Assembly (NCBI GenBank): GCA_964585885.1
Contig: CAZPFQ010000001.1
Span: 67,220-131,219 of the forward strand
Source of the DNA: an uncultured Candidatus Saccharibacteria bacterium
GTDB taxonomy: Bacteria > Patescibacteriota > Saccharimonadia > Saccharimonadales > UBA10212
DNA: 64,000 nt
Direction of reading: 5' to 3'
Shown here: in pieces, positions 27,385 through 36,061 of the stretch
How the letters are laid out: each line of letters opens with the position of its first letter
Position numbering within the stretch: the stretch's first letter is position 1
Notes under the pieces: generated by a model
What the model saw: the letters and a program-made list of their open reading frames with translations, nothing else
Told to the model about the DNA's origin: nothing
The model's database searches: none
Translations under genes and position numbers: made by a program

Positions 27385-27786
27385 TTATTTAAGAATTACC
27401 TTTTTAAAGATTTCGTCCAGACCCTTGTCAACTACAGCCACCAGTGCACCAAACACTAGAGCGAAAATGAACACAGCTCCAGTAAGCCTCCAGGTTTCCT
27501 TGCGGCTTGGCCAAGTGACCAGTCGAACTTCTCGCCACGAATTGACAAAGTAGCTTGGAACCAATCGGCGAAGAACTCTCTTTATGAATCGCCATATTGG
27601 CGTGAATGGTCGTAAAACCGGCGTTAAAAATCCGGAGAGTGCCCTAAAAGGCCGGCTGCTTGCCCGGGTTTTTCTAGAAACGCTGGCAGAATCGGATTGT
27701 TTAGACGAAACCTCAATCTGCTCGCGTACGGTTGGCGCGGTTTTTCGGATTCGCGGTTTATTGCGTCGTGGTTGCGCTTTAGGCAT
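27385..27786 (-). CDS. secE: preprotein translocase subunit SecE (long basic N-terminal extension)
   Basis: C-terminal single TM helix, position upstream of nusG. Confidence 0.8.
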   Translation of the reverse strand: MPKAQPRRNKPRIRKTAPTVREQIEVSSKQSDSASVSRKTRASSRPFRALSGFLTPVLRPFTPIWRFIKRVLRRLVPSYFVNSWREVRLVTWPSRKETWRLTGAVFIFALVFGALVAVVDKGLDEIFKKVILK

Positions 27787-27804
27787 CTTCCAAATACTAC
27801 CAAT

Positions 27805-27829
27805 CTAAAAGCCTACTCTTAGAGTAGGC
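27805..27829 (-). terminator. intrinsic terminator after the kinase/DUF45 pair
   Basis: Minus strand reads GCCUACUC-UAA-GAGUAGGC then UUUUAGAUU; 36 nt after the DUF45 stop and 18 nt before the secE ATG. Confidence 0.5.
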
Positions 27830-27865
27830 CGTTAAAGTCAAGCATATCAGAAGAGTAGCCAAGTA

Positions 27866-28585
27866 TCAAGCTGTACCTGTAATAGGCATTATCGACGGGC
27901 TATAGGTCCCTATCCGTTTACGTAGTTGCCTATATTTTGGCATTTTTTTCGACACTAGATTCCAAAATTCTACGCTATGGTTGGGCACCTTAGTGTGGGC
28001 AAGCTCGTGGAGTAGTACATAATCGATTAACTCCCAGGGAAGCTGCATTAAATAGCTGTTGAGGTTGATATTGGCCTTAGAAGAGCAACTACCCCATCTA
28101 GAGGACATCTTCTTAACAGCGACTTTTTTATATTTAAAACCATGCGCGTGCGCAATATCACTCAAGCGCTTAGGAAGTACCAACTTGGCTTCTTTTATAA
28201 GAGCCGCTTCACAAGCCTGGTATGCGATACGTTGAACCTTAGGGTTATCGAGACTATAGTCCGACGTGATTATTATATTGTTTTGTCTAACATAGGAGCG
28301 TGCCGCTCCAGGTGCTGGTAAGCCACTTTTAAAAACCAGACGGTGGCTCTTGCCTATTATCGCGCCATCGTACAGCAACGGAACCGAGTATTTGAGCCGT
28401 CGTGCGACAATCCAATCTTTTTGGCGTGTAGCAAAAACCAATCCGGCATTGTAGGGTAGCCAAGCAGGCATACTTACTCTAATACTGCCGTCTCGGCTAA
28501 CACTTAAGCGGAGGCTTTTTGCGCCCCGCCGTTTAGCCAATGTTATTTCACCGATATCGGTGACTACATACTTTTTTTGTACCAA
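27866..28585 (-). CDS. DUF45/YgjP-like (M48/WLM-type) zinc metallohydrolase
   Basis: HELAHTKVPNHSVEFW HExxH motif near the C-terminus; TTG start. Confidence 0.8.
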   Translation of the reverse strand: MVQKKYVVTDIGEITLAKRRGAKSLRLSVSRDGSIRVSMPAWLPYNAGLVFATRQKDWIVARRLKYSVPLLYDGAIIGKSHRLVFKSGLPAPGAARSYVRQNNIIITSDYSLDNPKVQRIAYQACEAALIKEAKLVLPKRLSDIAHAHGFKYKKVAVKKMSSRWGSCSSKANINLNSYLMQLPWELIDYVLLHELAHTKVPNHSVEFWNLVSKKMPKYRQLRKRIGTYSPSIMPITGTA

Positions 28586-28606
28586 GATGGCTACCTTTTT
28601 TTGGTG

Positions 28607-29275
28607 CTAGTTATCGTAGATGTTGATATTTCGTCTGGTATAGTCAACACGCCCGGCGTTAGGGTTTGGCACAAGATTTACGAGCTCCGGCATTGCCACA
28701 TGACTCTGGATGGTGCTTCCTTTAACTAATCCCATCTGGTACAGTCGATTTATAATGGCGTTTTTTTGAGTTATAAAGTTGTGTTTACCGCTAGCTACCA
28801 TATAATCTTCGTCCGGCAATGGGTTTTGCATTATGGATGAACGGTGTTCAAAGCTAGCCTTGGTCTGGTCTTCTGAATATTTGTCGTCAAGTGTCCGCTT
28901 ATCACGTCTCTGAGTTCGGGCAAAAGCGTTTTCAGCGTCTACCTGGAGCCAGATTAGAAGATACTCGGCGTGGTGCTTTTTTGCAAAATCGCGCATTTTT
29001 TTCCTGTGTGAAACGCGCGATAAATTTACATCATAGACTACACTAACTCCCGATTTTAGAAACTCTTCCGTTAAGTAATTCATCAAGTGTGTGACTACGG
29101 CATTCTCTTGGTTGTCGTGTCGCGGTCGGCTAAAAAGTTCGTGTCTAATTCTGTCGGCGCTAACTCTGGCAACTTGCAAGACGTCTTCTAAATTACGGGC
29201 AACATAACTCTTGCCAGAGCCTGGAAAGCCATACAAGCATATGAGCACGGGTTTATTTAACTCGATTTTGTTCAT
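28607..29275 (-). CDS. P-loop NTPase/kinase (AAA_33 / zeta-toxin-like fold)
   Basis: Walker A GFPGSGKSY followed by VSADRIRHELF; ATG 29275 (track start 29278 is GTG). Confidence 0.7.
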   Translation of the reverse strand: MNKIELNKPVLICLYGFPGSGKSYVARNLEDVLQVARVSADRIRHELFSRPRHDNQENAVVTHLMNYLTEEFLKSGVSVVYDVNLSRVSHRKKMRDFAKKHHAEYLLIWLQVDAENAFARTQRRDKRTLDDKYSEDQTKASFEHRSSIMQNPLPDEDYMVASGKHNFITQKNAIINRLYQMGLVKGSTIQSHVAMPELVNLVPNPNAGRVDYTRRNINIYDN

Positions 29276-29337
29276 CACAATGATACTAACACCGTTTATC
29301 GGTAACTGAAAAGGTGCAAGTACTCCTATAATTAGCT

Positions 29338-29414
29338 TGGCAGGAGTGGAGGGAATCGAACCCCCGACCTTCGGTTTTGGAGACCGACGCTCTAGCCAGC
29401 TGAGCTACACTCCT
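29338..29414 (-). tRNA. tRNA-Trp (anticodon CCA), CCA encoded
   Basis: Acceptor AGGAGTG/CACTCCT, anticodon stem TCGGT/ACCGA, loop CTCCAAA, T-loop TTCGATT. Confidence 0.92.
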
Positions 29415-29453
29415 TTAGCTACATCTTAAAATAACAGAAACTATATCTATAAA

Positions 29454-29657
29454 CTAGCGCCGTGCGGGCACTACGTTCCGACCGAGGTTCTTCTTAGTTT
29501 CAATTTGCTTGGCGTTCACTCTCTTAACCGGGCAGTATTTCCTAAGTTCCACTTTGTCGGGTGTATTCATAGTGTTCTTAGTCGTGTAATAGTGGCGTTG
29601 CTTACACGCCTGACACGTTAAACCGACTAATTTTCGTTTATCGCTTTTTTTGGCCAT
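29454..29657 (-). CDS. rpmG: 50S ribosomal protein bL33
   Basis: MAKKSDKRKLVGLTCQACKQRHYYTTKN...ELRKYCPVKR. The internal ATG is used because the 79-aa track ORF runs into tRNA-Thr. Confidence 0.88.
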   Translation of the reverse strand: MAKKSDKRKLVGLTCQACKQRHYYTTKNTMNTPDKVELRKYCPVKRVNAKQIETKKNLGRNVVPARR

Positions 29658-29694
29658 CCCGATGATTCTACCAGCTGCTACATGGTTATACAAA

Positions 29695-29769
29695 TGGAGC
29701 CGACGACGAGGATTGAACTCGTGACCCCCTCCTTACCATGGAGGTGCTCTACCACTGAGCTACGTCGGC
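29695..29769 (-). tRNA. tRNA-Thr (anticodon GGT), CCA encoded
   Basis: Acceptor GCCGACG/CGTCGGC, anticodon stem CCTCC/GGAGG, loop ATGGTAA. Confidence 0.92.
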
Positions 29770-29808
29770 GAGTATTTAACAGATGTATTGTACTAGAAAT
29801 CCGTATAT

Positions 29809-30849
29809 CTAAGAAGTAGCCGAAAGGCTGATGGCTTTCTCGACTTTTTCTATAGCGTCGTGTACATTCTTTGCCTCAAATTTAGCGCCAGCCGCCGGTT
29901 TGTGGCCCCCACCACCGAGGCTGTTGGCAATTGCCGAAACATCTTTTGTCCCGCTCAGTGCACGCAGCGAAACCGAATAGTAATTCTCCCCCTGGATTGT
30001 ATTTTTATAGACAATAAAGCCCCATGTGCGTCCTCCGATATTGCGGATATATTCGTCTAGGAAACTGCCGACGGGACGCTGGAGATCAATTTGCCTGCTG
30101 CCGTCATTTATCCACCCTGCAACTGTCTCATCCTTAAGATAACTATATGTGTAGTCTTTGCCATGCATGGTGTTGCTGGCTAGTTCACTTAGTATCTGCA
30201 TATCCCCGTCCTGGAAGCGATAGAGCTGGTTTTTTATATTCTCAATGACAGCCCCGGCTTCAACAAGCTCGGACGCTAGCGAAAATACCTCTTTGTGAGT
30301 TCCGTCTTTCATATAGACAAACCCGCCTGTATCAGAAAATAGCCCAGCCATGGTGGTCTGTGCGTAGCCCTTGGGCTTTTTTAAATTCATTACTTTAAAT
30401 AGAATCTGGTATACGTTTTGTACAGTCGCGGGGCAGTTATCGTTGATGTATATGTCGGCATTGTCACGCCCGGCCTCTTCGTGGTGGTCTATCAATACTG
30501 ACTTTAATGAGTTTTGCGCTACATAATCACGTACCTGCTGTCCATCGTGACGACTAGCGCGTTCATAGCTGTTCCCGTCAAGTAAAATGAACAAATCCGG
30601 GCTGTTCTTCTTAAGCGTCTGCAAAATAGGCTTTATTATTATTTGACTATAGCCATCAAGAAAGTCGAGCTCAGTCGGTTCTTCTTCAAGGACCATGGTT
30701 ACTCTTTTTTTTGGGTAGTTCAGTCTGAGCGCTGAACCCAATAGCAGTATTGAGCTAACAGCATCGGTATCTGGCGAGATATGAGAAGTAACAAGTATAT
30801 TATCAGCCGCCGCAATGAGCTCCTCCAGCGGTTGTATCTTGGTATCCAT
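29809..30849 (-). CDS. DHH/DHHA1 phosphoesterase (NrnA-like), copy 2
   Basis: HISPDTDAVSS, LIDHH and GGGGHKPAAG motifs. Confidence 0.85.
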   Translation of the reverse strand: MDTKIQPLEELIAAADNILVTSHISPDTDAVSSILLLGSALRLNYPKKRVTMVLEEEPTELDFLDGYSQIIIKPILQTLKKNSPDLFILLDGNSYERASRHDGQQVRDYVAQNSLKSVLIDHHEEAGRDNADIYINDNCPATVQNVYQILFKVMNLKKPKGYAQTTMAGLFSDTGGFVYMKDGTHKEVFSLASELVEAGAVIENIKNQLYRFQDGDMQILSELASNTMHGKDYTYSYLKDETVAGWINDGSRQIDLQRPVGSFLDEYIRNIGGRTWGFIVYKNTIQGENYYSVSLRALSGTKDVSAIANSLGGGGHKPAAGAKFEAKNVHDAIEKVEKAISLSATS

Positions 30850-30875
30850 TCAGCCATACTATACCACGAGCTCGA

Positions 30876-30904
30876 TTGTCGCTTATCTGTTATTTTGCTA
30901 CAAT
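30876..30904 (+). promoter_or_regulatory. sigma70-like promoter, TTGTCG-17-TACAAT, for tRNA-Thr/tRNA-Tyr
   Basis: The -10 ends 17 nt before the tRNA 5' end. The 8-bp inverted repeat CTGTTATT/AATAACAG (30887-30894, 30902-30909) brackets the -10. Confidence 0.5.
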
Positions 30905-30921
30905 AACAGAGGTCAAGACGA

Positions 30922-30998
30922 GCCGACGTAGCTCAGCTGGTCAGAGCGGCTGTTTTGTAAACAGCGGGTCAGCGGTTCGAATCCGCTCGTCGGCTCCA
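30922..30998 (+). tRNA. tRNA-Thr (anticodon TGT), CCA encoded
   Basis: Acceptor GCCGACG/CGTCGGC, anticodon stem GCTGT/ACAGC, loop TTTGTAA. Confidence 0.92.
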
Positions 30999-31002
30999 AG
31001 AC

Positions 31003-31088
31003 GCTGGGGTAGTGAAGCGGTCAAACACGACTGACTGTAAATCAGTTGGCATTCGCCTTCGGGGGTTCGAATCCCTCCCCCAGCACCA
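31003..31088 (+). tRNA. tRNA-Tyr (anticodon GTA), long variable arm, CCA encoded
   Basis: Acceptor GCTGGGG/CCCCAGC, anticodon stem ACTGA/TCAGT, loop CTGTAAA, class II variable arm. Confidence 0.92.
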
Positions 31089-31156
31089 TTGGCTACTAAA
31101 AAAAGTTTTAGTACTGCATCCACGGCCTAGAGCTCATATTCCTCCCGGAATAAAAC

Positions 31157-31810
31157 CTAAACGACAACGCGTCGTGGCCGCAAGATTCGCTTAGAGTTTG
31201 AAGGCGCTTTAGCCGATCGGGTCATTTTACGCCGGATTTTGCCGGCCTCTTCTTGCATTCCCCGTGTTTCGTAAGCGCTCGCGAGTAGATTATACGTCTC
31301 CTGGGTGGGCTCTAATTCAGCTGCTGTCTCAAGTTCTTGGAGAAGCATTTTATCATTGCCAAGTTTTTCTTGGACTTTGGCGTATGCAATATGCCGTGCG
31401 GCCAATCCGTCCTCCAGCTTTAGTGCCTGCTCAAAGGCTGTGGCTGCTTTTTGGTAGTTTTCGGTCTCGTAATAAATTAAGCCTAAGTTGTGTAAGCTCG
31501 ATGCACTAGGTTCAATGCTACTGGCAATTTCGAAACAATCAATGGCGTCACGATACTCACGCTGTTTGGCATAAAGGATCCCTAGTCTGTTGTAGGCAGC
31601 AGCGTTCTTTTCGTCGATCTTTAAGATAGTCAGCAGGGCTTTCTCAGCGCGTAAGAAGCGATTTTCTCGCATTCCATGGTGGGCAATTTCCCATAAGCGG
31701 TTGAGGCGTGTACCAAGCCTGTGTGGAGTTAAGGCTGTCTCATGCTCAATATAACGGCTGTGTCTATACACAAACGCTGCAAGAATCATCAAAAGTACTA
31801 AAGCGTACAT
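31157..31810 (-). CDS. membrane-anchored TPR-repeat protein
   Basis: N-terminal TM helix, then repeated A..Y..LG..Y TPR-like units. Confidence 0.75.
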   Translation of the reverse strand: MYALVLLMILAAFVYRHSRYIEHETALTPHRLGTRLNRLWEIAHHGMRENRFLRAEKALLTILKIDEKNAAAYNRLGILYAKQREYRDAIDCFEIASSIEPSASSLHNLGLIYYETENYQKAATAFEQALKLEDGLAARHIAYAKVQEKLGNDKMLLQELETAAELEPTQETYNLLASAYETRGMQEEAGKIRRKMTRSAKAPSNSKRILRPRRVVV

Positions 31811-31841
31811 GATACGGCAGTAATTATAGCAAACACTAGCC

Positions 31842-32729
31842 CTAGATGTTCAGCTCGTTCGCCAGCCTCAAGTTCAGGAGTCGAAGGCTAACATTGAATT
31901 TCAGATCTTCCGAGGTAGAGATAACAACTTTCCTGGCCATGAGTAGGGATTTAGCCTGTCTGGATCTGTCTCTTTCTATGGCCAAATGGTGCAATGTAGA
32001 GAGCACTCTAGACAAAATCTCTAAAAACTGTGCGTATATTTCTTTGTCTTTTGACAAAATCTCAAGGAAGTTCAACCGCTCAAATTGCGATGAGCCAAGA
32101 AAATCTTTTGCCCGAGCTACCTGTTCTTTTAGCGGATGCGTAGAACTATCAATAAGAATAGCCGACATTAGCTCAAAACTTCCTTCACTCAGAAGCCAGG
32201 CTTCTCGGAGCTCCTGCTTAGTACGAGTGCCATTAAATTGAAGTTCTGCCTGTTCCCAGCTAAGTGTGTCTACTCGCAGCTTTTGACAGCGTGATGCGAC
32301 CGTCGGAAGTATGCCTCTAAGCCCACCCACTGCTAACAGGAATATAGTTTGGGGACTGGGCTCTTCTAGGGCCTTTAAGAGTGCATTCTGAGCTTCCAGG
32401 CTCATTGTCTGCGCCTGATTAATAATCACTAACCTGTAAAGAGTAGTGCTGGAAGCTATTTTTAATTTCATAAACGATACTATCTGGCGTACTGAGTCGA
32501 TAGATATATCTTGCTTTTCAGTCGGGCGATCAATATACAGCACGATGGGGTGGTTTCTAACATCGCTACCTTGCTCTAACTTCAAAATCTCTTTGGTTAT
32601 ATATTCTGCTGTGGCGGTAGCATCGAGAATTGTGGAGCCGACAATTAACAGAGCATGCGACGGGTTCTTGATGAATGACTCAATACTTCGATTACTCTTA
32701 GAGTCTGTTAAATGCGCGCCGCTACTCAT
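31842..32729 (-). CDS. holB: DNA polymerase III subunit delta-prime
   Basis: Degenerate P-loop, NALLKALEEP and VASRCQ sensor motifs. Confidence 0.8.
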   Translation of the reverse strand: MSSGAHLTDSKSNRSIESFIKNPSHALLIVGSTILDATATAEYITKEILKLEQGSDVRNHPIVLYIDRPTEKQDISIDSVRQIVSFMKLKIASSTTLYRLVIINQAQTMSLEAQNALLKALEEPSPQTIFLLAVGGLRGILPTVASRCQKLRVDTLSWEQAELQFNGTRTKQELREAWLLSEGSFELMSAILIDSSTHPLKEQVARAKDFLGSSQFERLNFLEILSKDKEIYAQFLEILSRVLSTLHHLAIERDRSRQAKSLLMARKVVISTSEDLKFNVSLRLLNLRLANELNI

Positions 32730-33583
32730 GAGATAAGTTCATTAAACTGTTCAGGCAATGGGGCCGTGAAACAACTCTTTTTTCCTCCGGGGAGGTCGAG
32801 AGTTAGCGAAGCGGCATGCAGAAACATTCTTGGTCCAGAATGACCATAGATATTATCTCCGGAGACAGGATGTCCTATATATGCTAGATGAACTCGTATC
32901 TGGTGTGTGCGACCCGTCTCTGGCGTGATTTCTAGCAGGCTATTGCCGCCTGCTTCTTTTAATACCTTATACTTTGTCCTTGCGGACTTACCCTCTGGGC
33001 TAACTTTGAATGTCTGTGGTTTTTTTTGGTTACGCGCTATTGGCGCGTCAATTATAGCCTCCCTAGGTAAGGGAGTGCCCTCTACAATCGCCACATATTT
33101 TTTATCCGTTTTCCTCTCTGAAAACTGTTTCTGCAGATGCTTGAGGGAATTTTTGTTCTTCGCTGTAATAATCACACCGCTGGTGCCGCGATCTAGCCGG
33201 TGGACGATTCCGGCACGGTTTCCAGTGAGTTCTCTATCGAGCTTAGGTTTGATAAAACTAGCGACTGTAGCTTCGGTGTTCAGCGCTCCTTTTGAATGAG
33301 TCAGAACTCCAGCCGGTTTATTGAGTACAAGCACGTCCTTGTCGCTGTGAATCAGCGGTATGTCGATTTCGGGCGGATCAATAAACAAAATCTTATCATC
33401 TACTTCCAACACATCACCAAGCCTAGTCTTGTAAGCTCCCTTAACAGGCTTATTGTTTAAGAGTACTTTTTTAGCGCCGAACAAGCCTTCCAGTGAGGAT
33501 CGGCTAAACTCTGGGTATTGTTCTGATATAAAAATATCACTCCGTGTGCCAGCAGATTCCCGGCCGACTTTGAATTTTGCCAT
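32726..33583 (-). CDS. rluD: RluA-family 23S rRNA pseudouridine synthase (RluD-like)
   Basis: N-terminal S4 domain and catalytic HRLDRGTSGV. Confidence 0.88.
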   Translation of the reverse strand: MAKFKVGRESAGTRSDIFISEQYPEFSRSSLEGLFGAKKVLLNNKPVKGAYKTRLGDVLEVDDKILFIDPPEIDIPLIHSDKDVLVLNKPAGVLTHSKGALNTEATVASFIKPKLDRELTGNRAGIVHRLDRGTSGVIITAKNKNSLKHLQKQFSERKTDKKYVAIVEGTPLPREAIIDAPIARNQKKPQTFKVSPEGKSARTKYKVLKEAGGNSLLEITPETGRTHQIRVHLAYIGHPVSGDNIYGHSGPRMFLHAASLTLDLPGGKKSCFTAPLPEQFNELIS

Positions 33584-33584
33584 C

Positions 33585-34625
33585 TCAGCCCTTAGGCCTT
33601 AAACCCACCGCCTTTTGTACTCGTTCCAAAGTGGCATTAGCCTCTATTACCACAGATTTTTCGTCGGCTTCGAGTTTTGAGAGCACTTTTTTAGGATCAA
33701 CTTTCTTTATCTGCTCCTGAAGCACTGTTAAGAAATCCGATACTGTTGTTGCCACTGTCTGTTTAAGCTCTCCGTAATTGCTCTTGCCTTCCCAGCGTGA
33801 TTTGATCTGATCATGGTCTTGTCCGCTCAAGAGAGCTTCGATTTGCAACAGGTTTGTTATTCCGGGTTGATTTTGCCAATCGTAATTAATACTGGCTTTG
33901 GAATCGGTGGTAGCATTTTTGATCTTCTCAGCAGCTTGTTTGGGGCCGTCGCTAAGCAAAACGGTACCAGCAGCATCATCTGATGATTTGCTCATCTTTT
34001 TTTCTGGGTTCCGCAGTGAACGGATTCTTACCGGCTCTTTTCGCCCAACAAACTTGGCCTGAGTCTCATTGTCTTCTGGTACTACAAACAAATTACCGAA
34101 CTTTGCATTAACACGAATTGCCAGATCACGCGTAAATTCTACGTGTTGACGTTGGTCTTCGCCGACAGGTACCCACTTAGCACCGTATAGTAAAATGTCA
34201 GCCGCCATAAGCACTGGGTAATTGAATAGACCTACGCCAACTGATGCTTGCTTGGAGCCTTTTTCCTTGAATTCAGACATCCGGCTTAGCTGTCCCATGT
34301 TTGTGAAACAATCGAGTATCCAGGTCAATTCAGAGTGGGCCGGTATGTAGCTCTGACGGTATATGAAGGTATTTGTTTGTTCTATGTCTAGTCCGGCGGC
34401 CACGAATACGCCCAAGTTGTCGAGGCTTTGTGCATATAGTTTGTCGTGGTCTACCGGAGTTGTAAAGCTGTGCAGATCCGGGATAAACATATTGAGCTGG
34501 TAGTCATCGGCGTGTTTTTTTTGGAGCTCGACCATTGGCATGATGGCTCCCAAATAGTTGCCAAGATGAAACTCGTCGTTGGAGCGCAGACCCGTTAGTA
34601 TCACCTCTTTAGTCATTGGTTCCAA
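33585..34625 (-). CDS. trpS: tryptophan--tRNA ligase
   Basis: FHLGNYLG (HIGH) and KMSKS motifs. Confidence 0.93.
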   Translation of the reverse strand: MEPMTKEVILTGLRSNDEFHLGNYLGAIMPMVELQKKHADDYQLNMFIPDLHSFTTPVDHDKLYAQSLDNLGVFVAAGLDIEQTNTFIYRQSYIPAHSELTWILDCFTNMGQLSRMSEFKEKGSKQASVGVGLFNYPVLMAADILLYGAKWVPVGEDQRQHVEFTRDLAIRVNAKFGNLFVVPEDNETQAKFVGRKEPVRIRSLRNPEKKMSKSSDDAAGTVLLSDGPKQAAEKIKNATTDSKASINYDWQNQPGITNLLQIEALLSGQDHDQIKSRWEGKSNYGELKQTVATTVSDFLTVLQEQIKKVDPKKVLSKLEADEKSVVIEANATLERVQKAVGLRPKG

Positions 34626-34659
34626 TTATAGACTATTTTAAATGTCGCCGAGCGAAGCG

Positions 34660-35061
34660 TTAGCGCTTTGTGTATTGTTGTTTCTTGCGAGCCCCGCGCC
34701 GACCGAATTTTTTACGTTCTTTCTCTCTTGGGTCGCGACCAAGTAGGCCAGCTCTTTTCAGGGTGCCTTTGTAATCGTCGTTTTGCTGAACTAGAGATTT
34801 TGCAACCCCTAGCCGAATTGCGTCAACTTGGCTGGCGTGTCCGCCACCCAATACCTTTACACTGACCGAGTATTTTCCCGGATCAAGTTCTAACACATTG
34901 AATGGTTTGAATAACTCACTTTGCAAGTACTTACTAGATGCTAGGTAATCCGATGCAGGCTTTTCATTGATTATAAAAGCGCCGGCTTTAGTCATCAGGC
35001 GGACTCGAGCTGTTGCACTCTTACGACGCCCCAGCCCGTAGTAGTAGTTATCTTGTGCCAT
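34660..35061 (-). CDS. rpsI: 30S ribosomal protein uS9
   Basis: YYGLGRRKSATARVRL start and C-terminal ...KKQQYTKR. Confidence 0.95.
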   Translation of the reverse strand: MAQDNYYYGLGRRKSATARVRLMTKAGAFIINEKPASDYLASSKYLQSELFKPFNVLELDPGKYSVSVKVLGGGHASQVDAIRLGVAKSLVQQNDDYKGTLKRAGLLGRDPREKERKKFGRRGARKKQQYTKR

Positions 35062-35066
35062 GATTA

Positions 35067-35513
35067 TTATTTGCTTCCTTTGTTGAGTGAAACCGCCACT
35101 GGAGCCTGTCCTTGATGGCTATGCTCGCTAGAACCGAATACCTTAAGCCTCCGCAAGCGTCCATCACGCAGCTTGTTCACGGGTAACATCCCCCTGACGG
35201 CAGTTCGGATTACTTTCTCGGGGTTTTGGGCCATAGCTTCGGCCATTGTTTTTTGCTTTAAACCCCCAGGATATCCACTATGGCGATAATATATTTTTTT
35301 GTCGGTTTTAGCGCCGGTAATTTTTAGCATTGAGCTGTTAATAATAACCACAAAGTCACCATCATCGACGTGAGGAGTTAACGTAGGCTTATCTTTTCCT
35401 ATAAGTAGTCGGGCAGCCACTGTTGCTACGCGTCCAAGAGTTGCTTCTGAAGCGTCCAGTAAATACCAGTTACGCTTAACCAAGGCTGGTTTGTGTACAT
35501 AAGTTCGGCTCAT
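35067..35513 (-). CDS. rplM: 50S ribosomal protein uL13
   Basis: KRNWYLLDA N-terminus; upstream of rpsI. Confidence 0.95.
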   Translation of the reverse strand: MSRTYVHKPALVKRNWYLLDASEATLGRVATVAARLLIGKDKPTLTPHVDDGDFVVIINSSMLKITGAKTDKKIYYRHSGYPGGLKQKTMAEAMAQNPEKVIRTAVRGMLPVNKLRDGRLRRLKVFGSSEHSHQGQAPVAVSLNKGSK

Positions 35514-36058
35514 CGGTTACCTCTTATTCCAGTCCGCTTAGACACCTGAGCTTGACCCGAGCGCTTTGAAGCTACAACCTTGGTATTTTGTTCAGATTTA
35601 GCGCTTGCTTGTGGTTTGGCATCGACTTGAGTTTTCTGGGAACCATCCTTGGCTATTTTGGGGCTTTCTGGTTGTGCGGTTTTTTTCGTCTTTACTTCCT
35701 CTACAAAGCTGACTCTAGCTAGTTGGGCACCATCGCCACTCCTGGATATCGTCCGCTTAACCCTCGTATAGCCACCTGGACGACCAGAAAACTTAGGAGC
35801 TACCTCATCTATCAATCTGTGGGCTGTTTCGGCTGACGGCAAGCGACTGATTATCTGGCGTCTAGTGCTAAGACTGCCTTTACCCCTGAGTGAAAGACCG
35901 ATTAGACGTTCGGTGTAACGAGCTACAGCCTTGGCCTTGGGTACCGTCGTTTCAATTGATCCGTTTATAATCAAAGACTCCGATAGTGATTTAAGTAACG
36001 CGCCTCGCTGGTCCCGAGTACGATGAAACTTAGCTGAACTAGAGGTAGTCTTGGACAT
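35510..36058 (-). CDS. rplQ: 50S ribosomal protein bL17 with about 60-aa C-terminal tail
   Basis: L17-type core following rpoA; low-complexity K/Q/A-rich tail. Confidence 0.9.
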   Translation of the reverse strand: MSKTTSSSAKFHRTRDQRGALLKSLSESLIINGSIETTVPKAKAVARYTERLIGLSLRGKGSLSTRRQIISRLPSAETAHRLIDEVAPKFSGRPGGYTRVKRTISRSGDGAQLARVSFVEEVKTKKTAQPESPKIAKDGSQKTQVDAKPQASAKSEQNTKVVASKRSGQAQVSKRTGIRGNR

Positions 36059-36061
36059 CTT

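Noticed and set aside
29658-29693. N-terminal 12 codons of the 79-aa version of the L33 ORF.
   Set aside because: This start nearly abuts the 3' end of tRNA-Thr(GGT) at 29695. The internal ATG gives the canonical MAKK... L33 start.
31094-31113. AT-rich hairpin TACTAAAA-aaag-TTTTAGTA between tRNA-Tyr and the TPR gene.
   Set aside because: The stem is all A/T and there is no separate U-tract. Too weak to call a terminator.
30941-31194. Track ORFs 30941-31123 (-) and 31012-31194 (+).
   Set aside because: They overlap tRNA-Thr(TGT) and tRNA-Tyr, whose cloverleaves are unambiguous.
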